Numbered from the stretch's first letter, positions 26,752 to 41,082 are shown. The stretch: 64,000 nt of DNA from the human T2T-CHM13v2.0 reference genome, Homo sapiens (GCF_009914755.1 NC_060931.1), one strand, 5' to 3'. The notes: generated by a model not told the origin, from the sequence alone. Program-made: numbers and translations.

Positions 26752-29335
26752 AGATTATCTCTATTTCTAAGAGTTCTATTAGCCTTCTGCCTTTGGTCCA
26801 CCATGGGACAGAGTCTTGACACGTTTGACCTTTTACCACAAGGAGGAGCTGTGACTCTACTGAGATTAAGGGAACTCAGAGGAAGGGCAGAGCATTCTCA
26901 GGATGGGAGACAGTTAAAAGAAATATTGGGTTTATTTACAACAGGGGAAAATGTGGTCTGCAGAAGCTGTGTTAATGCTGAAATGTGAGAGGATAAATAT
27001 AGACTATTCATTTGCCTTGCTGTGCAGGTGCTTTTGATCTAGCAAAGAGCCTAGACTGCCAGATTTGTTGCATGTGAACCTGCATGGGATGAGAAAGGGA
27101 GAGAATTTGAGCTGGGAAAGAGCAGAGCTCACAAGCAGATGCCAGTGGAGGAACTCTTCCTGAGAGGAATAAGAGAGGCTCTGGATGCTGGGCCTCTTCT
27201 CCAGTTCAATCCTGCCATGAAATGACTTCCTGGAACCTGGGCAGTGAGCCTGACAAATCAGGGCTTCCTTGAGGGATCTTGCAAAGAGAGTAATTACCAA
27301 GGGAAATCTACCTATCAGACCAAAGAATACCTGGAGCACCATTCTCCTGACTCTAAATGATGAAAAACCTAAGCTAGAAAGGGTTTTTTTTTTTCTTTTT
27401 CCTCTTCTGAATGTTCCTCTAAGTTCTTGGAGTGAGGGCTTCTTCGAAGGATAGGAAACCTGTCTCCTGGGTCTGAGCTAATGGTTCTATCAAAACAGCC
27501 TCACCAGACTCCCTTCCAGCTTCCAGCTTCAATATCTATCCCTGTCTACCAAGACCCATGGAAGCTAGACTTGTCCAGATATCAAAAGATGATGCCAAAC
27601 ACCTGGAGATGGGAAAGAAGGTGGCGTGGACAGACCTCCAGGATGCACATCTGAAACAGGCTCTTCATTTTGTTTTGACTACAGCCTCCTGTTTCGCCTT
27701 TTCAAAAAGCATTTGGAATTTCCCTTACTTCTTGGAAATCCAAAAATACAGCAAAGATACATTTTCTATAGGCTCTAGTTATTCAGTAGGAGGGAGCTTC
27801 AGAATATCTCTATACTCTACTATGCATATTCTAGCATGCTGCCCGGAAGTGAAAGTCTAGCCAAACAGTTTAACAGGAAAACCGTTAGCTGTCCTGTGGA
27901 GGTTAATTTTGCAGTTTATTTTGGAATGGAACAAAAGAAGGTATTGAAGATAGGAATCTCATTTCTATATGCTAGAATCTAAATTTCTTAACTTTCTGTA
28001 GTATGGGCCATTTTCAAATCAGCTAAAGTCCTAAAACCAGACTATGGGAAACACACACTTCTAAGCTCAATATTAAATATCTAAAGTGACTAACTAACGT
28101 AGGGTTGGAGAGGCAGGGTCCCCCTGGACTTTTCAAACTCCTACCCTCACAAAAAATCTAGAACTTCTTCTCAGTAACAAAAATAAGATGACGTATAATC
28201 ATTTTTCATTGTTAATAAATAATCTCTATCCATCATGGCATTGCATTGAATTTGTGTTAATTGTTGCTAAAAAATGACTGTGGGTTAAACATTTGTGATT
28301 CATATAATAATAGAAATAATAAATGTAAATGTTTTAAGTGAACAAGTGAGATTTTAATAGCTCAACAGGCAAATAGCATGAACTGATGCTCTGCAAAGGT
28401 GAGGGACACCTGGCCTGAGACAGGATGTCTTATCTGATTTTGGTCTGAATTTCATTTGGAAAACTGGCAGCTGCTGGTCAACCTGCAGGGATATGATCCC
28501 ATGAGCTGATATGCAATGTTGACTTTTGTATTTTTGTCAGCATGAAATAATTTTTTTTTTTTTAAATCAGGGTCAGAGTCTCGAGTAACTAGCAGCCAGC
28601 TGATAGAATGGAAGTGAAACCATGGCCCTCGTCCCCTTGCAAACCTGGAAACCCAGTGTTGAGCATGTGTGAAGAGAGAAACAGAATCAGGTGAAATGAA
28701 ATCTTCCTAAGACCCTGCTCAGGAAACTAAATTTGACGTAATTGGACACAAGAAGTTGTTCATCCATTCTATTCCGCCAGAGGAGACAGGACAGATTTCC
28801 CGTGCGTTCTTGGGAAGCTGGAAGAGGGAGACAGCTCTGCCAGGTGGAGTGATATTCTCATGAGAAGTGAAAAAGAAGAGGCAGAGATGGAGAGTTTGGT
28901 TCTAGAAGGGTGGAAGGTTTTGCTTATAAACATATCAACACACTTGCTTTTCCCGCCAAGATGCAAACTTTGGGGAATTGCTCAAATATAAGATGGGGTT
29001 TAAATATTGGACAGCCAAAAATATGACCCATGTTCAAAATATGCATCCTGGTATCATTCAGTTCGACGTGTTCTAGTTCTTCTGCAGCTTTCTGTCTCAT
29101 TCCTTTTGCCCCTACAACTCTCCACCTTTTTGTGGATTAAGTTATCTCCATGATAAAATTATTATGTTGTCTTCCCTCTTTGACTTTCTTGTCGGCAGCC
29201 TGGCTCTTCCCAGGGATCCCAGCGTCTATCCTCTCTCCTTTCTGTAGCTTTTTTCCGCTTCTCCAGTATGGCGGGCCCTGTCAGAAAATACGTACATAAT
29301 CAATTTATTTGTCCTTCTTATCCTTTGGACAATTC

Positions 29336-29645
29336 TTTTGTTTGTTTGTTTGTTTGTTTTTGGTTGAGACCAAGTCTCGCTCTGTAGTCCAGGCTGGAGT
29401 GCAGAGGCAGGATCTCGGCTCACTGCAAGCTCCGCCTCCCGGCTTCAGGCCTGCCTCCGCCTTCCTAGTAGCTGGGACTACAGGCGCCCGCTCCACGCCC
29501 AGCTAATTTTTTTTTTTTTTGTATTTTTAGTAGAGACGGGTTTCCCCGTTTTAGCCAGGATGGTCTCGATCTCCTGACCTCGTGATCCGCCCACCTTGGC
29601 CTCCCAAAGTGTTGGGTTTACAGGCGTGAGCCACTGCACCCGGTC
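29336..29645 (-). mobile_element. AluY with (TTTG)n tail and a small internal deletion
   Basis: Y-type GCAAGCTCCGCCTCCC and GGATGGTCTCGATCTCC; TSD GACAATTCTT. Confidence 0.93.
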
Positions 29646-30444
29646 TAGACAATTCTTGATGGACAATCAAACACTTTTGCTTTTCATATCTCCTGTAAAA
29701 CACAAAACAAAACAACAACCAGAACTAACATTGCCTCATATGAGGCGAGTTTCTTTCTATCAGTTTCATTCCAGTGCCTCTCCCAGACGCTGTCCGTCTG
29801 ATTTGGTAAAAAGTCTTGCGTAAAATAGTGAAATACATATTTATTTAAAGTCTACTCTTTAAGAATGGTTACATCTTTACATAGTTATGATCATCACCAT
29901 TGAATGTAGCCTCTTGTCATTTCACTATCTTCCCTCCCCACCCGTTCCTTCTTTGAAAAGGTTCCCATGTCAGCTGTGTGGTGCAATGTGGTAGGTACTG
30001 AATAAGACCCACAACTACGGGGGTACCTGGTTATGTTCACAGAATTGTAGAGCTAGACAGAGTGTTGAAAATTATTTATTTCTGCCCATTGTTTCATAGA
30101 TCAGGAAATGGGATGCTTTAAAAAAAGTATTTAAATGTAAATAGTAACTATTTTGCTGGCCTCCATGTAATATGTATTTCATATTCTTAGTCTACAAGTA
30201 ATGTGTGAATGTGTTTTTGCTCCTATTGGATTATAAGCATCATGAGAGTGAGAATATTGTTTACTCATGCTTTGCACTAAGTAGCCATTCAGTGACTATA
30301 AACAAATAAAGCATGCTTGAAGTTCCAAGAAGGATGGTGGTCATTTTTCTTTTGTTTAGTTCAAGTTCTGTGTTTAGTAAATCACAAATGAACCATCAAG
30401 GTCTGTCTTTGCAGGGGATTCACCAGTAGATGACAACACTACCA

Positions 30445-30446
<2 letters not shown>

Positions 30447-30482
<36 letters not shown>
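30447..30482. repeat. (GT)18 microsatellite
   Basis: Perfect GT dinucleotide run. Confidence 0.97.
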
Positions 30483-30484
<2 letters not shown>

Positions 30485-30681
30485 TACCTTTCTGGCAGTG
30501 CTGGTCTCTGGTTTTCCTCCTGGAGGTTCCTGCCCTGGGGCCATTGACTGAGGCACTGAGGTCTGAGTGCTGGACCTTGCTGACAAGAGCAGGAGGAGCT
30601 GCAGCCCTGCCACACCCCCGAGGTTGGGTGGTTGATGGCTGGCAGAGGAGAGGAGTACCATGGGCAAGAATAAAGGGGACT

Positions 30682-30857
30682 GTGGTCCTCAACATTAGAT
30701 AATTCACAAAACGCGAAGGCATTTTCTGTCGTCACATTGCCATCAGGTGGGTAGGGCCCAAGGATGCCGCCAAGCATCCTCCCTACACAGGACAGCTCCC
30801 CACAACAAACAATCACCTGATCCAACATGGCAGTAGTGCTGAAATTGAGAAACCCCG
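30682..30857 (+). mobile_element. MER20-like hAT DNA transposon relic
   Basis: GTGGGTAGGGCCCAAGGATGCCGCCAAGCATCCT...CACAGGACAGCTCCCCACAACAAA...GTAGTGCTGAAATTGAGAAACCC. Confidence 0.7.
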
Positions 30858-31557
30858 CAATAAGCTTCGGTTGTAAACTTTGTACCAAGAAGGAGAATTC
30901 TCTGCAGACAACTCAAGGGGCAATACCGTCAACTACTTTTGTTTTCTCTGACTGCCGTGTTGTTGACCTTCATCGCCATTCTTTCCCAGCACATGGTGTC
31001 TGCATATTTTCCAGCAGCCTCCTGTTTCCTCATAAATCTGCCCCTTGGACAGATAAGAACATCACAGGGAGCAGGGCTGCAGTTCACTCCCAATAATAAC
31101 GCCTCAGCAGGGTTTGCTCTGCAGTAGCATCACAGTCATGTGGAGTAGGTGGCTATGGCTGGTATTCAGGTGAAATCTCAGGCCAATCTCTCCTGAATCA
31201 AGGGGACCACTGATCATTAATGAGACCTTCAAGTGAGCAAAGATTCAAGAGAGCAAATTAATGTCCTGCGCTATTGTGAAGGGACGCAAAGGATCCAGAG
31301 AGGAAACCAGCTGACTCTGAGAGAAGGGCCTGAAAAGGAGAGGAAGGGAGGAGGTGGTCAGATCCCCGGGAAGGAGCAGGGAGGGAGGGGGCTGCTGGCC
31401 CAGGAATGACTGTCAGAGACACATCCTGGAGGTCACAATTCCACCCTCTCAATTATTCCCAGAAATTCCAAAAACTCCTTTAAAGGAGCAAGTGCAGGGC
31501 ATGAAAGGGAGGAGCCATGCTAGAGGAGACCCTGGGAATGGGGGAATGATTACAGGC

Positions 31558-31567
31558 TGTGACCTCA
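31558..31567 (+). promoter_or_regulatory. TRBV3-1 promoter decamer-like element
   Basis: TGTGACCTCA about 105 nt upstream of the ATG. Confidence 0.5.
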
Positions 31568-31671
31568 CTGGCGCAGCACCTCTCAGCGGCAGTGGAAACC
31601 ACAGCCTAGTCCTCTCACCACTGCAGACCAGAATCCTGCCCTGGGCCTTGCCTGGTCTGCCTCACTCTGCC

Positions 31672-32131
31672 ATGGGCTGCAGGCTCCTCTGCTGTGTGGT
31701 CTTCTGCCTCCTCCAAGCAGGTGAGTCCCGGGCCCAGGTGACATGATCCTATTGGAGTCCCTAAGCCTTTTCACCATGACAACAACAGCAGGCCGTCTCC
31801 TAGGATTTGCCTGAATTCTGCTTCTTTCCTTTGCAGGTCCCTTGGACACAGCTGTTTCCCAGACTCCAAAATACCTGGTCACACAGATGGGAAACGACAA
31901 GTCCATTAAATGTGAACAAAATCTGGGCCATGATACTATGTATTGGTATAAACAGGACTCTAAGAAATTTCTGAAGATAATGTTTAGCTACAATAATAAG
32001 GAGCTCATTATAAATGAAACAGTTCCAAATCGCTTCTCACCTAAATCTCCAGACAAAGCTCACTTAAATCTTCACATCAATTCCCTGGAGCTTGGTGACT
32101 CTGCTGTGTATTTCTGTGCCAGCAGCCAAGA
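31672..32131 (+). CDS. TRBV3-1: T-cell receptor beta variable 3-1 gene segment (leader 31672-31720, V exon 31837-32131)
   Basis: [16 protein letters not shown]|GPLDTAVSQTPKYLVTQMGNDKSIKCEQNLGHDTMYWYKQ...YFCASSQ. Confidence 0.97.
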
Positions 32132-32170
32132 CACAGCCCTGCAAAGTCACTGCATCCCTGTGCACAAACC
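32132..32170 (+). other. TRBV3-1 23-RSS
   Basis: CACAGCC - 23 nt - GCACAAACC. Confidence 0.95.
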
Positions 32171-34980
32171 TCCCGGCTCAGCCAGGAAGCTGCAGGGCAG
32201 CGTGTGCACCTGCACCCAGGGCTCCAGTCTCCATTCCCTGATGGCCTCTGATGGAGTTTCAGTCTGTAGTACAGCCAGCTAGTGCACCCAGTGGAGAAGT
32301 CCTCCATCTTATGCACACAAAAGTCTCACAGAATTGTTTATCAGCTAGAGCAGGGCTTCACAACAAAGCCACTAAAGTATTAGGGCTCCACAAACAAAAA
32401 AGAGCCTGTCCTATGCACTGATGATCTTAACTGATGGGGGAAGCTCTTTCTTTTCTTTCTGTGTGGCACATATTGGTACGTATTTTATATAACATTATGA
32501 AAAAAACACGATTGCTGAAAATGGTTGATGAGCACAAGCATAAAGGAGGGGGAAGGAAATATTTCCAAGATCAAGAGACAATTCTGATGATCAGTGAGTA
32601 CTTTATTCAACAGAAAAATATTTGGAGAGGCATGAAATTCCATGGCAATAGGTAAACTGGAAAGTGTTGAGGAGATGCCGGTGGAGGTAGCCTTGTGCGT
32701 TGTGGGCTCCTTCTCTTCAAGAAGGGTGACCAGCAAGTGTCTCTCCCAATTCTGATGAATATCATCTTGAACTGTCCTCAACAGCAGGCAATAGCCAGAT
32801 GACTGGGGATATTGGGAGACCTGAAAGGACTTTGGACACAAATCTCTAGGCAGTGGTGAGCCATTGGTCCTACTCCAAGTGAAACAACATGATGAAACTG
32901 ATATTTTGGTAGAGGAACACTGGTAGTAGTATGGATCAGAAAGGAGATAGATTTTTGGGTGGCATGAATGATTAGGAGACTTCTAAATATCCTACATGAA
33001 AGATTAGAAAGGGTTGATGTGAAGCATTGTGGACAATATAGGCTTGAGGCTCTGCATTATGTTATTTCTTGGAAATGTATTGGGTTTTATTCTGGGAGGG
33101 TTGAATGTAGGACTTGCTAGGGTCTATTTCAGCCTTGCCCTCCCTCTTAGGGAGCCCCAGCATGTGGTCATCATTGCTAGTGCATGGCCTTTCCAGGGTC
33201 TTAGTGGGAATCACAGTCACCCACCACGACTCTCCACTCTCACTGGGTCTGAATGCCATTGCCTTCCTGCCCTGGGTATCCTCTGAAATCCCTGCCCGTG
33301 TCTACAGCCTTCCAGAGTTTGTTCTCTGCTGGGCCTTCGGGAGTGCCACCCTCTGCATACACAACTTAGGACCTGGCCCAGAAAGAAAAATAAAAAATGA
33401 AAAAAGATTTTCTTACACAGGTTCTCAGGGCTCCTTGGTAGTACTCTGTGTCCTAAATCCCAGCTGTCTTGGAGTCAGTTATGTCCTCTTATCTTCAATC
33501 ACATATACTACTTCTATTTTATATAAATATGTTTACTTGGCTTTTCTTCATATTTACCATTCCACTCTTCACTCTTCTTGCAATTCACATGGTCCTGAGA
33601 TCATTTTCCTTCTTAGATCCATCCCTAATTCAGACCACTTGAACTCGCTGGTCACCACCCCTTGTTGTGGGAAATGCTTATGTTAGCTGTTGTCCTCAGG
33701 ACAATTAAACCTTTCGCTTTCACCATTATTCAAGTTTTCAGTTTAAATTCTATTGCTTTTTTTAAATTGTCTTTGCAATTTGGTTTACTTATTGAGAGCC
33801 AAACAATGCAATAAAATTTTATTCGTTCAAATTTGTTCTACTTTGTAGAAGGGCCAAAGTGTTTTCTTGCTGAAGTAGATACCAATGGAAACAATTTTAA
33901 TGGTAATAATACTAGTGTTTAAAATAAGGCTAATTTTAGGTTTTTATCTAGTGAATAGAATATCTCCAACTGTAGCAGGATAGAGATCGATCCTATATGT
34001 AACCTGTTGAGGGGGAGAATACTCAACCCCATTAAATTCTAATCTACATGCTTTACATTTTTTGTTTGTTTGTTTTATGGGCCACATTGAAAATCTGATG
34101 AAATTTTTGCATTAGAAGAATGCTACAATTTTCCTCCTGACTGAGAACATCCCCAGGTTAAAACAAATCTAAATTATAAATCCTTGACTTAAATCATGGA
34201 TAAGTATCTTCCCTCAGCCCCATGTAGATTTACATATAACATAGATTTACGACCCTAATCTCATGCCTACAATTATAATTATCATCATGAAAAGGTAACA
34301 CTGATGTAATACAACAATAAATAGATGGTAAAAATCACTTTGAAAGTATGAATCATCTCATTTTTGTGTTTATTTGTGTTCATTTGTATCTCCAAATGCT
34401 CTAGAATGAAAAGCCAATATTGGCATAAAAGTACCTTTTAAGAAAATTGATGATATTCCAATTCTTAACTGGTCACAAAGCATAAATAGCTTATGCAGTG
34501 AAGTACAGAAGACCCATAGGAAGTCATCCAGCTGGTTCCTAGTTGGAAAGTTCTCCACAGAACTGATGAACTAATGTGGTTTCTAACATCTTAGAAATGG
34601 CAGGGCTTTAGAGATCATCTCATTTCAGTTCTCCTGATTTAATATATGAGGAAATATGGCATCACATATATGAAGTGATTGAACAATGACATACTGATTA
34701 CATTTCTCAAACTTTATGTAAGATATATTTTTATTCTCTAGTTGTTTTCTGAATATGTTGAATTGCCTTACACAAATAGAATTCTGGGGGTGAAAATGTT
34801 GGTGATTTTCTGCTTGCTCCTAGCTGTTGCTCAAGGAGTATTTGTTGAACAAGTCAGACTGGCCCAAGAACTCAAGAGGGCTGGGATACTGTCTGTTCTG
34901 CACATTACTAGAGATCCAGGCATAGACAATTTTCTGTTCTTTTTTCTTTTCTTTATTTCATTTCATTTCATTTCTTTTCC

Positions 34981-35185
34981 TTTTTTTTTTTTCTTTTGAG
35001 GTGTGTGGTGGGAGCAGGGTCTTGCTCTGTCTGGAGTGCATTGACACAATCATGGCTCACTACAGCCTTGACTTCCATGGCTCAAGCAATCCTCCCACTT
35101 CAGCCTCTTGAATAGCTGGGACTACACACAGGCACCACTACATTCCGCTAATTTTTGTAGAGATAAGGTGTTGCCATGGTGCCCA
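34981..35185 (-). mobile_element. Partial AluJ-like element
   Basis: ATCATGGCTCACTACAGCCTTGAC...GGCTCAAGCAATCCTCCCACTTCAGCC...GCTAATTTTTGTAGAGA. Confidence 0.8.
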
Positions 35186-36190
35186 GACACAGACATAGAC
35201 AATTTCTGTTGAGTAAAAATTTAGAATGTCTTATGTGTGTGGATACCTGGCGTTCTGGCTGCTGACTCTCTGTGTTGTTGCCAACACCTCCTTCGTCTTC
35301 ATTCTCCCCTGGCCTTTCAAACCCTTCTCTGCTGCTCAGGGTTGTGAGATGTGGAACCCATCTGGATGCTGACACTGGGTCGGTGAGTGGCCAAATACTG
35401 TTTTGGCCACAGGCAGGAGCTGTGCTCTGGTGAAACCTCTAAGGCAGGGACCTGGGGAAGGGATAGAGAATAAGAGGAGAGATGGGCCAGGAGGGATCTT
35501 GCCCATGGGGAGCCAACCGTGCCTCAACTGAGAGCATGGCTGTACTCAGCCCAAGCACACTAACATCAGCTTCAAGCTGATTTCCCTTTCCTTTGCTCCA
35601 CACACCTTGTGTTGTTCTTTTTCAGCATCCTGTGTATGTTAGCTCTAAGCCCAGCCAAGCCCCATGCCCTCCACTTCAGGGACAGAGGGTGGCTCATCCC
35701 TTTTGTGCTCCCTCAGCTCCCTCCCCAGTGCCTGGTGGCTGGTTGGCAACACAGTCATGCCCTTGAATGATGGGAGCTGGTGCACACTGCATCCGTGTTC
35801 ATGCAGTCACCCTCCCTCCACAGAGCCGGGCAGAAAGGGCTCCACCACACTTAGACATTGAGGGAAGGGACGTTTTGAATGGCACTGTTTTATGTGATCC
35901 CGCAGGACAGAAGGAGATTTCTTGAATGGGAGTGGTCTGTTGTTGAGAGGGATCCTGAAAGACAGGGAGACAAAGATAGAGGGAGGATCCACATAATTAG
36001 GAAGCAGCTGAGAGCAAAGGAGCCCCTGCCAGAGGAATATCCTTGGGGGGTAAAAAGCCAGCTCTGCCCTTTCTCCCCAGCCGATTCATCCTAGCCCAGC
36101 AAATTCAAATCTACCTTCTATCAGAACTTAGAAAGGATGTAAAGCAGTCAGGAAGAAACATCCCCTGGGTCTGGGGAAACTATCAGGAGC

Positions 36191-36200
36191 AGTGACATCA
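36191..36200 (+). promoter_or_regulatory. TRBV4-1 promoter decamer (CRE-like)
   Basis: AGTGACATCA, exact match to the TRBV decamer, about 95 nt upstream of the ATG. Confidence 0.8.
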
Positions 36201-36295
36201 CAAGAAAAACCACCAACCAGGGCCAAGGAGACCAGAGCCCAGCACCTCGCCCAAAGGACCCCAGTCAGAGGCCCCATCTCAGACCCGAGGCTAGC

Positions 36296-36749
36296 ATGGG
36301 CTGCAGGCTGCTCTGCTGTGCGGTTCTCTGTCTCCTGGGAGCAGGTGAGTTAGGTTGAAATTGTCTGTCCTTGGACTCCAACCCTTTTCCTTGTGGCTGC
36401 AGGAACAACCCTCTTCCTGGGCTCTGCCTGAATTTTGTCCCTTTCCTCCTACAGTTCCCATAGACACTGAAGTTACCCAGACACCAAAACACCTGGTCAT
36501 GGGAATGACAAATAAGAAGTCTTTGAAATGTGAACAACATATGGGGCACAGGGCTATGTATTGGTACAAGCAGAAAGCTAAGAAGCCACCGGAGCTCATG
36601 TTTGTCTACAGCTATGAGAAACTCTCTATAAATGAAAGTGTGCCAAGTCGCTTCTCACCTGAATGCCCCAACAGCTCTCTCTTAAACCTTCACCTACACG
36701 CCCTGCAGCCAGAAGACTCAGCCCTGTATCTCTGCGCCAGCAGCCAAGA
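36296..36749 (+). CDS. TRBV4-1: T-cell receptor beta variable 4-1 gene segment (leader 36296-36344, V exon 36455-36749)
   Basis: [16 protein letters not shown]|[40 protein letters not shown]...YLCASSQ (MGHRA CDR1 typical of 4-1). Confidence 0.96.
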
Positions 36750-36788
36750 CACAGCCTTGCAGAGTCACCGCTTTCCTGTGCAGAAACC
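36750..36788 (+). other. TRBV4-1 23-RSS
   Basis: CACAGCC - 23 nt - GCAGAAACC. Confidence 0.95.
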
Positions 36789-37039
36789 TTCGGGGCCTGC
36801 CAGGAAGCCGTGGGGGCCACGGAGGGCTCGGGTGAACATTTCCTCCAAGAGCCCCGAAGAAGCTTCAGAACATCATAGCACCTGCTAATTCATCCATGTG
36901 GCAACTTTACATCCTATGACATATTTAGAGTGTGGGTTTCCTTTTGCCTGAGTGTGACTCTGCCCCGTCAACTGATTTGAAAAAAGAGAAACATATTCAG
37001 ATCTAGTTTAAAAAAAAAAAATTTTTTAATCATGAAATA

Positions 37040-37327
37040 GGCCGGGCATGGCGGCTCATGCTTGTAATCCCAGCACTTTGGGAGGCCAAGACGAGCGGAT
37101 CATGAGGTCAGGAGTTTGAGACCAGCCTGGCCAACATGGTGAAACCCCGTCTCTACTAAAAATACAAAAATCAGCTGGGTGTGGTGGCATATGCCTGTAA
37201 TCCCAGCTACTCAGGAGGCAGGAGAATCACTTGAACTCGGGAGGTGGAGGTTGCGGTGAGCCGAGACCGTGACATTGCACTCCAGCCTGGGCGACAGAGT
37301 GAGATTCTGTCTCAAAAAAAAAAAAAA
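37040..37327 (+). mobile_element. AluS element
   Basis: Full Alu with poly-A; approximate TSD TC(A/C)TGAAATA. Confidence 0.95.
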
Positions 37328-38139
37328 TTCCTGAAATAAAGCAAGCATGCTGTAAGGATTGTGTAGCTTAAAATTTTATAAGAACCCTCTAAACAATCAC
37401 CTGTGTCACCACAGAGGCACACCCTGCACTGGGTCAGACACTGTCCTGTGAGGAGCTGTGTTCTCCTGACACTTCATGTCCAGTGGTTTCCATGACTCTT
37501 CTTTGGGGCCAAGGGTTCCCTTTCATCATAGGTTGTTGTCATGCAGAGTCAAGCAACACTGAGCACTGGGAAATCAGAGAAGGAACTTCCAGGCAAGGGT
37601 CCCAGTGCAGAAGCCAGCTAGAGAGGACAGTAGTAGACTCACCCTTTGGGAAATATGTTTGAGAAATATGTATCTATTTTCACCAGTTCTATTACTCTAT
37701 ATTACAGCTTGTCTATTCTCTAATTTCTCATTTGTACACTGAAAGCTAGACTGTGAATTCTAGCCCTGATCAAAGCTCCACATATACACAGACACCTTCT
37801 CTGAACCCTGCAGGCAGCAAACTTGCCTCTGTCTGCTCCCCTTGCTGCAGAGTCCATGGATCATGGTCTAGAAGTTTCCTGACTCATCCACTCTCCTTCT
37901 CTTGGCTGGAAGCCTCCTTGTTGGTTTCAGATCTCAGCGCCTCCCTGGATTGCCTCTCCAGACTGACACTTGAAGGATTATTTTTCCCCCTTTGGTCTCT
38001 TTATTCCCAATGTGTTCAATCATCAGGCTCAGAGCCTGATGCCTCCAGAGCGCAGCTCTACATTAGCTTTTAGAGAGGAGAGTGGGTCCTGGCTGTTCTG
38101 TTTATCTGTTTTCATTCACTAATTCATTCATTCATTTAT

Positions 38140-38455
38140 TATAGAGACAAAAGATTCCCTATCCCAAGATATATGGTCATCTGTGCTGTATCAAAAGAGA
38201 AGATATTCTTCTCACAGTTTTATGAAATGAGGTAGCTTCGCAACTTGCGGGGAGCAGCCTCTTAAGTTAGTTGTCAAAATTAGGCTTTTGCCTAAGTAAA
38301 GTTAGGATCCTAAATTAGGCTCCTACTCTCCCACAAAAACTGGGAGACAGGGCCTCTATCTTCCTTGACGATTGTATCTCAAAAAGATGGTTCCTAGAGT
38401 CTTGGGAAAGACATTCCTGGGTCATAAAGCTGGCTAGAGGTTTACAGAGATTTTA
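38140..38455 (-). mobile_element. ERV1-class LTR fragment (MER31/MER67-like)
   Basis: AAGATGGTTCCTAGAGTCTTGGGAAAGACATTCCTGGGTCATAAAGCTGGC resembles these LTRs from memory. Confidence 0.4.
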
Positions 38456-38459
38456 ATAG

Positions 38460-39390
38460 GATTGTCAAAAAGCCTTTTCTGTGTTTATTGAGATGATCAT
38501 CTGGGTTTGTTTTTAGTTCTGTCTATGTGGTGAATCACATTTGTTGATTTGTGTATGTTGAACCAACCTTGCATCCCAGGAATGAAGCCTACTTGATTGC
38601 AGTAGATAAACTTTCTGATGTGCTGCTGGATACAGCTTGCCAGTATTTTGTTAAAAATTTTTGCATCGAATTAAATAATTTTTAAATAAGGTGACTTACA
38701 TTAATTGCTTTTTAAATATAAAACCAATTATGCATTCCTGGGGCAAATCTCATCTACTGATTAGATATTAACCTTTTTATACATTGTGAGTTAAATTTAC
38801 TTTATTTTTGTTAAGGATTTTTGCTTCTATGTTAATATTAGTACTATTTATTCTTCACAATTTGTAAATTGATAAACTTGCTCAATTTCATCAATAAAGT
38901 AAGCTGGGCCTGGAGTTTTCTTTCTGGAAATGCTTTTAATTATTATGAGTTCAATTTTTAAAACCACTTCTACATGTATTTTTTAATATCCCTATGGACA
39001 TTCAAGTTATCCACTTTTTGAGTGGGTAATTGTGTTTTTTGGGGAATTTGTTTATTTTGTCTGCTTTTGAATTTATTGGCATAATATTAATCTTTCATTG
39101 GAGTTCTAATTTGCATTTCTCTAAGGATTAATGATGTTGAGGACATTTTAATGTTTTTATTACCATTTGCAGATATGTCTTTTTCATATACCTATTAATG
39201 CTTTTGCCCAGTTTTAAAGGTTAAATTATATATCTTTTATATTGATTTATAGGAATCCTTTATAAAATATAAAGGATTTTTATATTATATAGAATCCTTT
39301 ATATAATCTGGATACAATATTCTAGTCTGATATATGTATTGTGAAACTTTTTCCTCAGTCTGAAAATTTTCCTTTCCACTTTCTTGGTAG
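38460..39390 (-). mobile_element. L1 ORF2/3' fragments of different ages
   Basis: GTGAATCACATTTGTTGATTTGTGTATGTTGAACCAACCTTGCATCCCAGGAATGAAGCCTACTTGAT (38530-38600), then older AT-rich L1M-like sequence. Confidence 0.75.
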
Positions 39391-40646
39391 TACCTGGGCA
39401 CAACCCCTATGAAATGAGAGTACCCTTCTGTCTCCTTTAATTTTGTCTCTCTACCTTCACCCTTATCAGTATTTGGCAGGCAATTAATTCAGTCAGATTG
39501 AGAGAGTGCAAAGGCTTCTAGCTAGCCCTCACAACACTGGCTTGGGTACACCTCTAATCTCCAATCACACGAAACAATTTGCCAGCCCAGAAGCTACCCC
39601 TGCTATGTATTCTACCATGAGTAGACCTTAAATGTGCACCTCCCACTCTCTCCATAGTATATATGGTAGAATGGTGATGGATCCTTCTTTTGGCAGACTT
39701 TCCACAATGCATGGAGCTATGCCTATCCAAGCACATCTCTGCATGGACAAAGGAAGGGGTGGATAATTGAGTCAGTGTTTCTGCTTCTTGCTTGTGAGTT
39801 TTCCCCAGTAAATCTTGTTTTATGTGTATATTGCACAGGGCTAGTGCTGTCTACATGTCCCTTCATATGATGGTGCTCTCACAGAATTCTGAGGCTGGAA
39901 GGAACAAACAAAAGTTCTCATAAAGAGAAATTTAATCACCTCTAGAAAGAAGTCCGTGCTTAATGGCTTTGGAGTTTCTGTGAAGAAAGGGTTTCCTCCT
40001 GCCTTAGAAGGTGGGCAAAGTGAGCAACATCTTCACCAAGTCAGGAACACTTGATTTCAGCCAGAGGCAGAAGTGGGGTTCTATGATAATGCCCGATTGT
40101 GGTTACAGAGGGACTACATGAGCAAGGCCATGGAGGTGAAAATGGATTCATTTGGGCTGAAATCCTGTAAATGAAGTAAGCGGGAAAACCCAGCGCACAT
40201 TCCAATGGAAGATGCAGCTTCCTAATATTGTGCTTTCAACTTAGATTCTGTCATCTGTAATTACTCCACACACTTTCTCAAATCATTAGCACAACTGTGG
40301 GCCAGGTAATCATTTAGCCCCTTTGCTTGGTACAAGGTAGCCATGCTCTCTACTTAGCTCCCTATTTTTCTCTGGGAAGCTTTTGCTGAGACCTGCAGTG
40401 ACCATGCTTCTCAGACTTCTCTCTTTCTTATTGTCATTTCCATTTATATTTTAACTTTAATTGTAGTTTATTTGATTAACATCTGACATGTTTATGTTTC
40501 TCTTTTGCTTATTTGACCTCACTTAATGATAACCCAGGTAACTGGTCAGCTGCTGCTAATCAAGTTATATTTTCTGGGGTTACATTGGTTATTTTTTCCT
40601 CTAAAGTTTCTATCTGTGTAAGAATTGAGGTAGCAGAACCTTCTCT

Positions 40647-41082
<436 letters not shown>

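Noticed and set aside
33114-33686. 190-aa ORF, the longest non-TRBV ORF
   Set aside because: Non-ATG start, no recognisable domain or exon structure
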